From: an uncultured Azospirillaceae bacterium
Lineage (GTDB): Bacteria > Pseudomonadota > Alphaproteobacteria > RF32 > CAG-239
Direction of reading: 5' to 3'
Length of the DNA stretch: 58,371 bases
Assembly (NCBI GenBank): GCA_964395655.1
Contig: CAYNBB010000005.1
Location: 1-58,371, forward strand
The notes beneath the pieces are model-generated. The model was not told the origin of the DNA and searched no databases. It saw nothing but the letters and a program-made list of their open reading frames with translations. The position numbers and the translations under genes were made by a program. Positions 9,421 through 18,333 of this stretch are shown piece after piece (the first letter of the stretch is position 1; every line of letters starts with the position of its first letter).

Positions 9421-10227
9421 TCAGATTTTGTAAGGCGGCTTATCAAGTCCCCGCGGCGACCAGGTAAAAACTTCGCAACCGTCTTTGGTAACGGCCAGCG
9501 AATGCTCAAACTGTGCAGAAAGCGTCTTGTCTCTGGTAGTCGCGGTCCAGCCGTTTTGCAAAATAATGGCGTCCTTTTTGCCGATGTTAATCATCGGCTC
9601 AATGGTGAAAAACATTCCCTCTTCCAACAACGCACCCGTCCCTTTGCGGCCGCAGTGCATGACATTGGGTTCGTCATGAAACACCTGACCGAGACCATGA
9701 CCGCAAAACATGTCAACTACCGAGTAACCGTAGTGATGGGCATATTCTTCGATGACGGCGCCGATGTCGCCCAGACGCGCGCCCGGCCGAACGACATCGA
9801 TGCCGCGCATCAGGCATTCATAAGTTACATCACAAAGGCGCTTGGCCTTGATTTTGGGCGTGCCCGCAAAATACATGCGGCTGGTGTCGCCGTACCAGCC
9901 GTCGACAATGGCGGTAACGTCAATGTTTAAGATATCGCCGTCGGACAGTTTGCGTTCTTCGTCGGGAATGCCGTGACAAATCACATGATTAATCGAAATG
10001 CAGGTGGACTTGGGATAACCGCGGTAGCCGAGACAAGCCGGAATCGCGCCGTTGTCTTCCATAAATTTGCGGCACAAATCGTCAAGTTCGCCGGTGGTTA
10101 CGCCGACCTGAACATAGGACGTGATAAAATCCAGACAGGCGGCTGCAACCTTGCCGGCAACACGCATTTTTTCAAAATCTTCCTCATTATCGTGAATAAC
10201 CACACCGTCTTTTCTCTTGTACGACAC
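9421..10227 (-). CDS. map: Methionine aminopeptidase type I
   Basis: CHGIP, NIDVT, GDTSR, GHGLG..FH, TIEPM, AQFEH. Confidence 0.97.
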   Translation of the reverse strand: MSYKRKDGVVIHDNEEDFEKMRVAGKVAAACLDFITSYVQVGVTTGELDDLCRKFMEDNGAIPACLGYRGYPKSTCISINHVICHGIPDEERKLSDGDILNIDVTAIVDGWYGDTSRMYFAGTPKIKAKRLCDVTYECLMRGIDVVRPGARLGDIGAVIEEYAHHYGYSVVDMFCGHGLGQVFHDEPNVMHCGRKGTGALLEEGMFFTIEPMINIGKKDAIILQNGWTATTRDKTLSAQFEHSLAVTKDGCEVFTWSPRGLDKPPYKI

Positions 10228-10245
10228 TTTAGCAGAACCTTTCGT

Positions 10246-10941
10246 TTAATATGTTATCTCGATTTTTTTCGAGACGCTGACATTCGTTTTATCGACATTA
10301 CAACCATAACAGACAAACTGCAATCCGTTTTTTGCTTCTTCAAAGAATTTTGCGGCGGCAACCGGCGCGACCGTCCATGTAAAACGCGCTTCCGAACAGT
10401 TATCCCGCGGCACGATCATAAAAACGGCAGTCTCAAAACCGGCGGCGCGGAGCTTGCGCATTTCTTCAAACATGCCGATTTCAAAAAAATTAATGTCAAT
10501 CGGGAAAATTGCCCGGCCGCCCTGCCAACCGTACATCGTTGTGACATATACAAAACACTTGCGCCCCTGACCGTCGGAAAGCTCAAAATGAATATGCGGC
10601 AAATGTTCATCCGGCTCAATGTGCCGACATTCTGAAAAAGCGGAAAACTCCGCTATTTTTTTGCTCTCAAACGCCTCTTTGAACAAACACTCCTCATAAC
10701 GCGGAGTAATAAAGACCCAATGCCCGTCGTTATTGACGTATTCGATTTTGTATTTGATAATCCGTCTTTTGTTGGTGGAGCGTTTGACCAGGACTTCCGT
10801 TCCTTCGGTGCAAACCATATTTATCTCTTTGCGCGAACAAAATGCCGGCTCGACGGAATCGTCCGCCAGTCTGATGTCTATTATCATCGAGTTGTAACGT
10901 TTGACCACAACGGCCGGAAACAGTTGATGACCGTATTGCAC
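10246..10941 (-). CDS. sfsA: Divergent SfsA-like protein
   Basis: N-terminal OB-like KRY..IDI.L.D, S.N.RR..KY, AIFP, AVFMIV.R; SfsA length; canonical position next to map; catalytic motif degenerate. Confidence 0.75.
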   Translation of the reverse strand: MQYGHQLFPAVVVKRYNSMIIDIRLADDSVEPAFCSRKEINMVCTEGTEVLVKRSTNKRRIIKYKIEYVNNDGHWVFITPRYEECLFKEAFESKKIAEFSAFSECRHIEPDEHLPHIHFELSDGQGRKCFVYVTTMYGWQGGRAIFPIDINFFEIGMFEEMRKLRAAGFETAVFMIVPRDNCSEARFTWTVAPVAAAKFFEEAKNGLQFVCYGCNVDKTNVSVSKKIEITY

Positions 10942-11060
10942 GCAATATTCCTCCCGGATGTTTTGCCGTTTTGTTTAATATGCCCGAAGTTTGTTTTTTT
11001 GGCAAGAACAACATTATTTTTAAACAAAAAAACAGTGGACAGCACCGCAAGTTTGTTTTA

Positions 11061-11076
11061 TTAATCAGGGGTTAAC
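11061..11076. promoter_or_regulatory. Putative CtrA box
   Basis: TTAA-TCAGGGG-TTAAC matches TTAA-N7-TTAAC, in the divergent sfsA/alaS gap. Confidence 0.4.
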
Positions 11077-11100
11077 ATTTTTTAGTTTTGGGAAGTAAAA

Positions 11101-13728
11101 ATGACTACGAGCGTTAAAGAAATCAGAAATACCTTTTTAAGCTATTTTGCCAAAAACGGACACAAGATTGTTCCGTCTTCGTCTCTGGTACCGAACAACG
11201 ATCCTACCCTGATGTTTACCAACTCGGGCATGGTTCAGTTCAAAAATATCTTTACCGGCAACGAAACTGCCGCTTTCAAGCGAGCTACGACTTCCCAAAA
11301 ATCAGTTCGCGCCGGCGGCAAGCACAATGATCTTGACAGTGTGGGTTATGATGTCCGCCACCATACTTTTTTCGAGATGCTCGGCAATTTTTCGTTCGGC
11401 GACTACTTTAAGGAAGAAGCGATCAACTACGCCTGGGAGCTTGTTACCAAAGAATTCTGCATTCCCAAAGACAAACTTGCGGTAACGGTTTTTCATACAG
11501 ATGAAGTTTCGCGCAATATATGGCGCAAGGTCTCGGGACTGCCCGAAGACCGCATTATCGGCATAAAGACCAAAGACAATTTCTGGCAGATGGGCGATAC
11601 CGGTCCGTGCGGCTACTGTTCCGAAATTTTTTATGACCACGGCGAACAGGTCTGGGGCGGACTGCCCGGCACCCCCGAAGAAGACGGTGATCGCTGGATT
11701 GAAATCTGGAATTTGGTTTTTGACGAATTTGAAGACCTGCCCGACGGATCCCGAATTGAACTTAAGCAGAAATGTATCGACACCGGTATGGGACTGGAAA
11801 GAATCTCGGCAATTTTGCAGGGCGTTCATTCCAATTACGACATTGATCTGTTCCAAAACATTATCCGCGATATTGCCAACATTGCCAATTCCGATCCCAA
11901 AGGTCCGCTGCAATCTTCGCACAACGTGATTGCCGACCACCTGCGTTCGGCCGCTTTTCTGATTGCCGACGGCGTGCTGCCGTCCAATGAAGGCCGCGGT
12001 TACGTTCTGCGCCGGATTATGCGACGCGCCATGCGGCATGCCCACCTGATCGGCGTAAAAGAACCGATGATGTACAAACTCCTGCCCTCCTTGCAGCGCG
12101 AAATGGGCGAAGCGTATCCGGAACTCTATTCGGCCGAGGCTCTGATTAAAGACACTATCAAAACAGAAGAAGAGCGTTTTATCAAAACCATGGAAAAAGG
12201 CCTGCGTCTGCTCGACGACGAGACGACCTGCCTCAAAGCCGGAGACACCTTGTCCGGCGAAACTGCCTTCAAATTGTATGACACTTATGGTTTCCCGCTG
12301 GATCTGACCGAAGACGCGTTAAAATTGCGCGAAATCAAGGTCGACACCGCCGGCTTTGACGCCGCAATGGAACGTCAGAAAGCCGAAGCCCGCAAGAATT
12401 GGGCGGGTTCGGGCGACGCCGGCACCGAAAAAATTTGGTTTGAACTTCAAGACAAACTCGGAAGCTGCGAATTCGTCGGCTATAATACGCTGGCGGCCGA
12501 CGGCGTCATTACTGCGCTGATTAAAGACGGCGCCGAAACCGAAGAAGTTACCGGCGGCGAATTTTACCTCTTGGCCAATCAGACGCCCTTTTACGGCGAG
12601 ATGGGCGGACAAGTCGGCGACAAGGGCATCATCGGCAATGACAAATTCGAAGCCGAAGTTACCGACACTAAGAAAAAAGTTCACGGCCTGCATGTTCATG
12701 TCTGCCGGTTGTTGCGCGGCAGCGTTAAAACCGGCGAAACGGCTTCGTTCCGCGTGAACGTTCAGAATCGCCTCAATATTCAGGGCAACCATACGGTGAC
12801 CCACCTGTTGCATAAGGCCTTGCAGAAAAAGTACGGCAAAAACGTCACCCAAAAAGGCTCTTACGTTGCAGCTGACCGGATGCGTTTTGACATTGCCTAC
12901 AACAAACAAATTCCGGAAAACGAAATCCGCGAACTCGAAAACGACGTCAACAATATGATTCGCGCCAATTATCCCGTCGTTACGAAAATAATGAGTCAGG
13001 AAGAAGCCGTCAAATCCGGCGCAATGGCGCTGTTCGGAGAAAAATACGGCGACGAAGTGCGCGTTGTCTGCGTCGGCGACGGCGTTTCGACGGAACTGTG
13101 CGGAGGCACCCATGTCCGCAATACGGGAGATATCGGCTACTTTAACATTGTCAGCGAATGTGCTATCGCTGCCGGTGTCCGTCGTCTGGAATGCGTGAGC
13201 GGCCCCGGAGCCGAGAAATTCACACAGGACGTCGAAGACAAGCTGCACCGCGTCGGACAGGCTCTGAAGGCCAGCTTCAATGATATTGAAGCGCGCGTTG
13301 CCCAGTTGTTGCAAGAGAAAAAAGAACTTGAAGTCAAACTGTTTGAACTCAAGAAAAAATTTGTCAGCAACAAAGCTGCCGATAACCCGAACAATTTTGA
13401 AGACGTTAACGGCATCAGATTCGTATCCCGCATTCTTGAAAATATCGAAACCAAAGAGTTAAAAGCCTTTGTCGACGAGATCAAGGCTCAATATCCGAGC
13501 AATCTGGCGGTTGCCCTGTTTACCGTTAATGACGGAAAAGTTTCTGTCGTCGTCGGCGTAACCGATGATTTGACCAATAGGATTTCGGCGGTTACCCTGG
13601 TCAAGGCCGTGGCACCGTTTGTCGGCGCACAAGGCGGCGGCGGCAGGCCGGACATGGCTCAGACCGGAGGCACCGACGCCTCGCGGTTGGATGAAGCAAC
13701 CGAGGCCATACGCAAAGCACTGATTTGA
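11101..13728 (+). CDS. alaS: Alanine--tRNA ligase
   Basis: DPTLMFTNSGM, RHHTFFEMLGNFSFGDYFK, IDTGMGLER, HTVTH and ELCGGTH editing motifs, GGGGRPDMAQ. Confidence 0.99.
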   Translation: MTTSVKEIRNTFLSYFAKNGHKIVPSSSLVPNNDPTLMFTNSGMVQFKNIFTGNETAAFKRATTSQKSVRAGGKHNDLDSVGYDVRHHTFFEMLGNFSFGDYFKEEAINYAWELVTKEFCIPKDKLAVTVFHTDEVSRNIWRKVSGLPEDRIIGIKTKDNFWQMGDTGPCGYCSEIFYDHGEQVWGGLPGTPEEDGDRWIEIWNLVFDEFEDLPDGSRIELKQKCIDTGMGLERISAILQGVHSNYDIDLFQNIIRDIANIANSDPKGPLQSSHNVIADHLRSAAFLIADGVLPSNEGRGYVLRRIMRRAMRHAHLIGVKEPMMYKLLPSLQREMGEAYPELYSAEALIKDTIKTEEERFIKTMEKGLRLLDDETTCLKAGDTLSGETAFKLYDTYGFPLDLTEDALKLREIKVDTAGFDAAMERQKAEARKNWAGSGDAGTEKIWFELQDKLGSCEFVGYNTLAADGVITALIKDGAETEEVTGGEFYLLANQTPFYGEMGGQVGDKGIIGNDKFEAEVTDTKKKVHGLHVHVCRLLRGSVKTGETASFRVNVQNRLNIQGNHTVTHLLHKALQKKYGKNVTQKGSYVAADRMRFDIAYNKQIPENEIRELENDVNNMIRANYPVVTKIMSQEEAVKSGAMALFGEKYGDEVRVVCVGDGVSTELCGGTHVRNTGDIGYFNIVSECAIAAGVRRLECVSGPGAEKFTQDVEDKLHRVGQALKASFNDIEARVAQLLQEKKELEVKLFELKKKFVSNKAADNPNNFEDVNGIRFVSRILENIETKELKAFVDEIKAQYPSNLAVALFTVNDGKVSVVVGVTDDLTNRISAVTLVKAVAPFVGAQGGGGRPDMAQTGGTDASRLDEATEAIRKALI

Positions 13729-13741
13729 CTTTGACTCAATG

Positions 13742-13771
13742 AAAAAAGACAGCCTTTCGGCTGTCTTTTTT
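13742..13771. terminator. Bidirectional intrinsic terminator
   Basis: AAAAAAGACAGCC-TTTC-GGCTGTCTTTTTT between convergent genes. Confidence 0.9.
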
Positions 13772-13773
13772 GG

Positions 13774-14640
13774 TTATCCCCGGTTTTGCAAAAGCAATGT
13801 CCTTTTATAAAAATCGCCCATATCTAAAGCCTGATAACCGTCTTTTGACAAATCCCAAGCCAAAACAGAGGCGGTTGCTCCGGCTTCCATGTAAATTACC
13901 CATGATGTGTCATATTTTTTGATATTCTTTAGAATTTGCGCGTAATCAGCAAAGGCATTTTTATCCGGAATATACAGATATTCTTTTCGTTCGACGTCAT
14001 TAAACAGATTTAAATCATCTTCAATAATCGGAGATTCAGAATTGCAGACAAACAAAACTTTTCTTCCCGCCCATAATTCTTTTATCTTTTGCAATCCTTC
14101 GCGATTAAGCGAGTTGTCCGGCAAAGACATTCTCACCAGAAAATAAGCATCGCCGTATTTTTCCGGCTTAAATTTTACTATTTTCAAGACCTCATTCAGG
14201 TACCGTGTTCCATGGTGCAAAAACCACTTATAGGCAGAATGTCCTTCGGGCAGCTTATAGTTGTTAAGACAAACCAGACAACTTTCCCGAGAACCGGCCT
14301 CACAAATTTCCTTCAGTCTTAAAGCCAATGCCGGATCGGCAGAATTAAAAGAGTTGCGCCCGCCGATGACATTATTAAACTCTCCGTCGCCAATTCTCGA
14401 AAAAGAAAGTTTTTGACGGGCCAGTTCAAAAGTTTCTTCCGGAGACAAAACGTCCGGATATTGTTCAAGAATTTGAGCATACTTCTTCATGTCTTTGTCA
14501 GAAAACTCAATAACATCCCACTTCCGCGGCATAGACTTCTTCAGTTTTTGGCGCAGTTTTTTTGACGGAATAAAATTGCAGGCAATTTTTTTAATGCGCC
14601 ACAAGACATAAGACGGGGTAACTCGATATTTGATTGTCAT
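13774..14640 (-). CDS. GT-D fold (DUF1792-like) glycosyltransferase
   Basis: SFSRIGDGEF, LALRLKEI, IKELWAGRKVLFV, P.KNAF, GATASVLAWDL..GYQALDMG. Confidence 0.85.
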   Translation of the reverse strand: MTIKYRVTPSYVLWRIKKIACNFIPSKKLRQKLKKSMPRKWDVIEFSDKDMKKYAQILEQYPDVLSPEETFELARQKLSFSRIGDGEFNNVIGGRNSFNSADPALALRLKEICEAGSRESCLVCLNNYKLPEGHSAYKWFLHHGTRYLNEVLKIVKFKPEKYGDAYFLVRMSLPDNSLNREGLQKIKELWAGRKVLFVCNSESPIIEDDLNLFNDVERKEYLYIPDKNAFADYAQILKNIKKYDTSWVIYMEAGATASVLAWDLSKDGYQALDMGDFYKRTLLLQNRG

Positions 14641-14959
14641 TTCAGGAATCTTTCAATTTTGTTTATCAGCACCGGATCATATTGTCTTATTATAAGGCTC
14701 GAGTCAAGCCTCCCGCTTTATTACGCTCTCTGATTTCAATACGCAGATACCCAAAACAAATATTCTGGTGATATTTGAATTTGTCTTTTTATTGTAAAAA
14801 ACCTTCCCGATTGACGCCAATATCTCCTGCAATTTTGAAAACTAATAAGCAGGACAAGCTCTTTCATTGTCACTACCTCAAAACAATGAGCCAAAAAAAG
14901 TTGAGGTTGATGACGGATTTTCGTGCGCGTTCACTATTTCTCTGTTCACTAATTGGGAG

Positions 14960-14995
14960 AGAGGTTGCATTCTTAAATGCAACCTCTTGCTTTTT
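14960..14995. terminator. Hairpin, possible terminator
   Basis: AGAGGTTGCATT-CTTA-AATGCAACCTCT (12-bp stem), followed by TGCTTTTT on the + strand. Confidence 0.55.
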
Positions 14996-15065
14996 ATCAA
15001 TATTTTTCGGTTTGTAAATTTTGTGTAACGCGCAAGATGCTTCTGCATTCTGCACTTCTTATACG

Positions 15066-16019
15066 TTATTTATTGAAAACGTTTTTCTTAAAGGCCTCGG
15101 CGGCAAAAGGACGCTTCTCGGACAAAAAGTTCGGCCGCTTGAAACTCGGCATGGCCAGACTCTCAGAAGACGTTTCCGCGATGTTTTGCAAATCTACCCG
15201 CTTGGCACCGGCGTTCTTGCATATATAGGCGCAGCCGAAACCGTTTATTTTCTCGTAAAACTTTTCGACTGCCGGCACGTGCTCGTTTTTGCCCAAATAC
15301 AAAATACCGTGCGGCGTCTGCACCTGACTGATGCGCGCCAAAATCTGCTCCTGATATTCCGGCGCAAAATAACGCAGAACATTGCGGCAGAATATAATGT
15401 CATACAGCGAATTGGTGGTAAGGCGGTCAAGCATGTTATAACGCCTGAACTCTACCAATTTTGATATCTCTGGATTAATCCGCCACTGCTCGCCTTCCGG
15501 TACAAAATATTCCAGGATGTCACGGGCATTCAGCCCCATCTGCACTTCAAAATTGTTATAAATTCCTTTTTGAGCCTTGGCCACCGCCAGAGAAGAAATA
15601 TCGGTACCAAGAATGTGGATGTCCCAATTATCAATGCCGAGAATCTTGTTCTTGAGCGCAAAAGCAACAGTATAAGCCTCTTGTCCGGTGCTGCAGCCCA
15701 AAGACCAAAAACGCAGTTTCTTGCCGGAACGGTTATTGTCGATAATCCGCGGCAGCAAAACCTCCTGAAACTGTTCATAAACATCATAATCTCGACAAAA
15801 CGACGTATCCGAAAAAGCCATGCTTTCGACCACCTGTGCAATCAACGCTCGTGATCCGACCTTCAGTTCGGATACAAGATCTTCTACCGACGGATATGAT
15901 TTTTCGCGAATAAAGTTGGAAATCTTTTTATCAATAACAAAGTATTGTTCTTCATCAAACTCCCAGCCGGCATTTTGGCGGAGAAGGTTTATCAAAAACT
16001 CAAAATCCTGTTTTTTCAT
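15066..16019 (-). CDS. cheR: CheR-type protein-glutamate methyltransferase (divergent)
   Basis: WSLGCSTGQEAY, GTDIS, FEVQMGL, YDIIFCRNVL; about 50 aa C-terminal tail. Confidence 0.88.
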   Translation of the reverse strand: MKKQDFEFLINLLRQNAGWEFDEEQYFVIDKKISNFIREKSYPSVEDLVSELKVGSRALIAQVVESMAFSDTSFCRDYDVYEQFQEVLLPRIIDNNRSGKKLRFWSLGCSTGQEAYTVAFALKNKILGIDNWDIHILGTDISSLAVAKAQKGIYNNFEVQMGLNARDILEYFVPEGEQWRINPEISKLVEFRRYNMLDRLTTNSLYDIIFCRNVLRYFAPEYQEQILARISQVQTPHGILYLGKNEHVPAVEKFYEKINGFGCAYICKNAGAKRVDLQNIAETSSESLAMPSFKRPNFLSEKRPFAAEAFKKNVFNK

Positions 16020-16030
16020 AGCTTCTCCCT

Positions 16031-16396
16031 TTATATAAGCTTCATAATTGCGAGTTTGGACGCGATAATGTCTTCGTCAAACGGGCGTATGATAAAGTCG
16101 TCGGCACCGCCGTCCAAAGCCTGCCGCATGACAGCGGTATCCTTCAGATGTGAACAGAAGACGAATCGGGGCTGTCTGATTTTGCGGTCGGAACGGATTT
16201 TATACAAAACATCTATTCCGTCCATCAGAGGCAGATTCCAGTCGCTGATAATCAAATCGGCCGGCATTCTGGCATGGAGCTCTATGACTTCCTCGCCGTC
16301 CTCGGCTTCATCTACGTCAAAATTAAAATTTTCCATAATCTTACGGAGGAGCATTCGCATAATTTTGGAATCATCCGCTATGATACAACGCAACAT
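16031..16396 (-). CDS. cheY: Single-domain CheY-like response regulator
   Basis: 121 aa; ADDS, SDWNLPLMDG, FCS, RPFD; lies between chpT and cheR. Confidence 0.82.
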   Translation of the reverse strand: MLRCIIADDSKIMRMLLRKIMENFNFDVDEAEDGEEVIELHARMPADLIISDWNLPLMDGIDVLYKIRSDRKIRQPRFVFCSHLKDTAVMRQALDGGADDFIIRPFDEDIIASKLAIMKLI

Positions 16397-16409
16397 AAAT
16401 TATCCCCCG

Positions 16410-17009
16410 TTATTCAAACACAAATCCCAAGCCTGATCGACTGACCAGATAAAAGTTCATTTTGCTCTCCCGAATCAGCGACAACATATAAGCTACCGGC
16501 GCAAACTGCGCATTGTCTCCGGCGTCTCCGGAATTGACAACATCTTTCAGAGCGGCCGCTTTTTCGACGGAAACCTGCGCGTCATCGTTATGTACGACGG
16601 CAATTCCGCTCTGATACGGACGAACGCTGATGCAGCCGCCGCGAATCAACGTATCGGCAATACACATCACCCCCAGCAGGGCAAGCCGGCCGTAAGCGGA
16701 CGGTATCAAACTCCACTCAAGCCGGACAGGATGATTCCGACTACCCAGCGTCTCCAGATAAGCGGCCGCCGTATTCTTGAGAATCTCCTGATTTTCCAGA
16801 TTGGCGTTGTTCAATCCGAACGCCAGCCGAAAAAACTTCATGCGCGCAGTCAAAACGCGGGAACTTGTCTTCAGAATCGACCTGATGTCGTCCAAAAAGT
16901 CCATATCGCCCTCTTCGAGCAACTCCACCGCATTGGCAACCGCGCCGATATTGCCGATAATATCATGACTGAGCCGGGTGGTTATTAATTCGGAAAGATT
17001 CTGTTTCAT
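16410..17009 (-). CDS. chpT: Histidine phosphotransferase ChpT
   Basis: TRLSHDIIG.IGAV.NAVELL, ARMKFFRLAFG, LIRGG.I. Confidence 0.88.
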   Translation of the reverse strand: MKQNLSELITTRLSHDIIGNIGAVANAVELLEEGDMDFLDDIRSILKTSSRVLTARMKFFRLAFGLNNANLENQEILKNTAAAYLETLGSRNHPVRLEWSLIPSAYGRLALLGVMCIADTLIRGGCISVRPYQSGIAVVHNDDAQVSVEKAAALKDVVNSGDAGDNAQFAPVAYMLSLIRESKMNFYLVSRSGLGFVFE

Positions 17010-17024
17010 ATCAGGTTTGACTTT

Positions 17025-18182
17025 CTAAAAACTGTATAAATCGGTATTGAGGTAACGTTGATCCTCTCGCGACATCCGGGTATAATCCAGTTCGCGCAAC
17101 ATCGGATCCTCCAGCAACAGCCATCCTGTTTTGGCTTTGAGATAAGGCTTGTTGCCGCCCATACCCCAGACAACCGATTCTTTGTCATCGGGCTTACCAT
17201 ACTTTTGGTTAATTTTTTTCCAAAAATCATAAATTTTTATATTGCGCAGATAAATTGCCTTCTGACTGTTGCCGGTAATGTTGGAAGCCTGAGACGAATA
17301 TTCGATTTTATAAACCTTGTTTTCGGTAAAGTTGCTGGTGAAAGTAACTTCGACTTCTTCTTTGGTGTCATATTTGGCATATTTGGTCGTCTGGACGTAC
17401 TGATGATTGTCTTTCTTGGCTTTTTCCACTACGCAGGCCTGAATCCGCTCATAACCGACGACACCGCTGCCGCGACAGTATTCCTCATTGCGCCATTTTA
17501 TAAAATTCGGCACCTGATATTTTTGCATAATTTTCTGAAAACCGCGATTCTGCATGGTTTCGTCAACCTGCGCCAGCCCCATGCGCAGCATCACCCCCGA
17601 AATATCGAACACCGAGGCGTTGGAACGTTTGCTTTTCCGAACGTTTTGGCGCGCACTGTCAACCATTTCTTCAAGTTCGTTGTTTTTTTTCTTTTCGCCG
17701 TTAAGCAATTCCAGCGGATTGGCGGAAGTAAGCTTGTTTACCCAGGTTCCTTCGACTTTGGGCAACGGAAGTCCCGGCGAGGCCTGCTTCTGATCGCTTT
17801 TAAGCGTGTCGGTCAGATCCCGGCCTTTTTTTATCGGCGGCAGCGTATCGGAGGCGGCATCGGCGACGGCAGGCACCGCGGGTTCGGCCACGGGAACAGG
17901 AGCCTCCGTTTCCGCAGTCTGAATCTGCGGCAGAGGCTGAACATCGGCGGTTACCGGCGCAAAATTCTGCGGATTTCCCTCTTCGCCCCATATGCTTTCG
18001 TCTTCGGTACCGTCCATCAGATCCATGTCTTCCGTTATTTCGGAAGCGGCCGAAGGCTCGGGCGCAACATTTTCAACCGGAGGCTCGGCGCCAAACATAA
18101 CGCTTTCCATGTCCTCGCTGGCATTGGCCGGACAAATCATCAACAGGGCTCCCAACAGCCCGAAAAATACCGAATAAGACAT
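17025..18182 (-). CDS. Secreted hypothetical protein
   Basis: Signal peptide (..CPANA-SE), acidic Pro/Ala-rich linker, Lys-rich C-terminal domain; fills the chpT-trmFO gap. Confidence 0.8.
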   Translation of the reverse strand: MSYSVFFGLLGALLMICPANASEDMESVMFGAEPPVENVAPEPSAASEITEDMDLMDGTEDESIWGEEGNPQNFAPVTADVQPLPQIQTAETEAPVPVAEPAVPAVADAASDTLPPIKKGRDLTDTLKSDQKQASPGLPLPKVEGTWVNKLTSANPLELLNGEKKKNNELEEMVDSARQNVRKSKRSNASVFDISGVMLRMGLAQVDETMQNRGFQKIMQKYQVPNFIKWRNEEYCRGSGVVGYERIQACVVEKAKKDNHQYVQTTKYAKYDTKEEVEVTFTSNFTENKVYKIEYSSQASNITGNSQKAIYLRNIKIYDFWKKINQKYGKPDDKESVVWGMGGNKPYLKAKTGWLLLEDPMLRELDYTRMSREDQRYLNTDLYSF

Positions 18183-18333
18183 ATTTTTCCCATCAGTCTG
18201 ACAAAATTTCCTTTACTATATTCGTTTTTGTCATGCTTGGCAACGACTTCCCTCAACTTATCAAATAGAAGTTTTTATTTACTTTTGGCGGCAAAAACGT
18301 TATAAATCGGATATTTTTAGAGAAGGATGAAAA

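Noticed and set aside
14873-15055. 60-aa ORF downstream of cheR
   Set aside because: No motif or clear SD, and it runs through a strong hairpin
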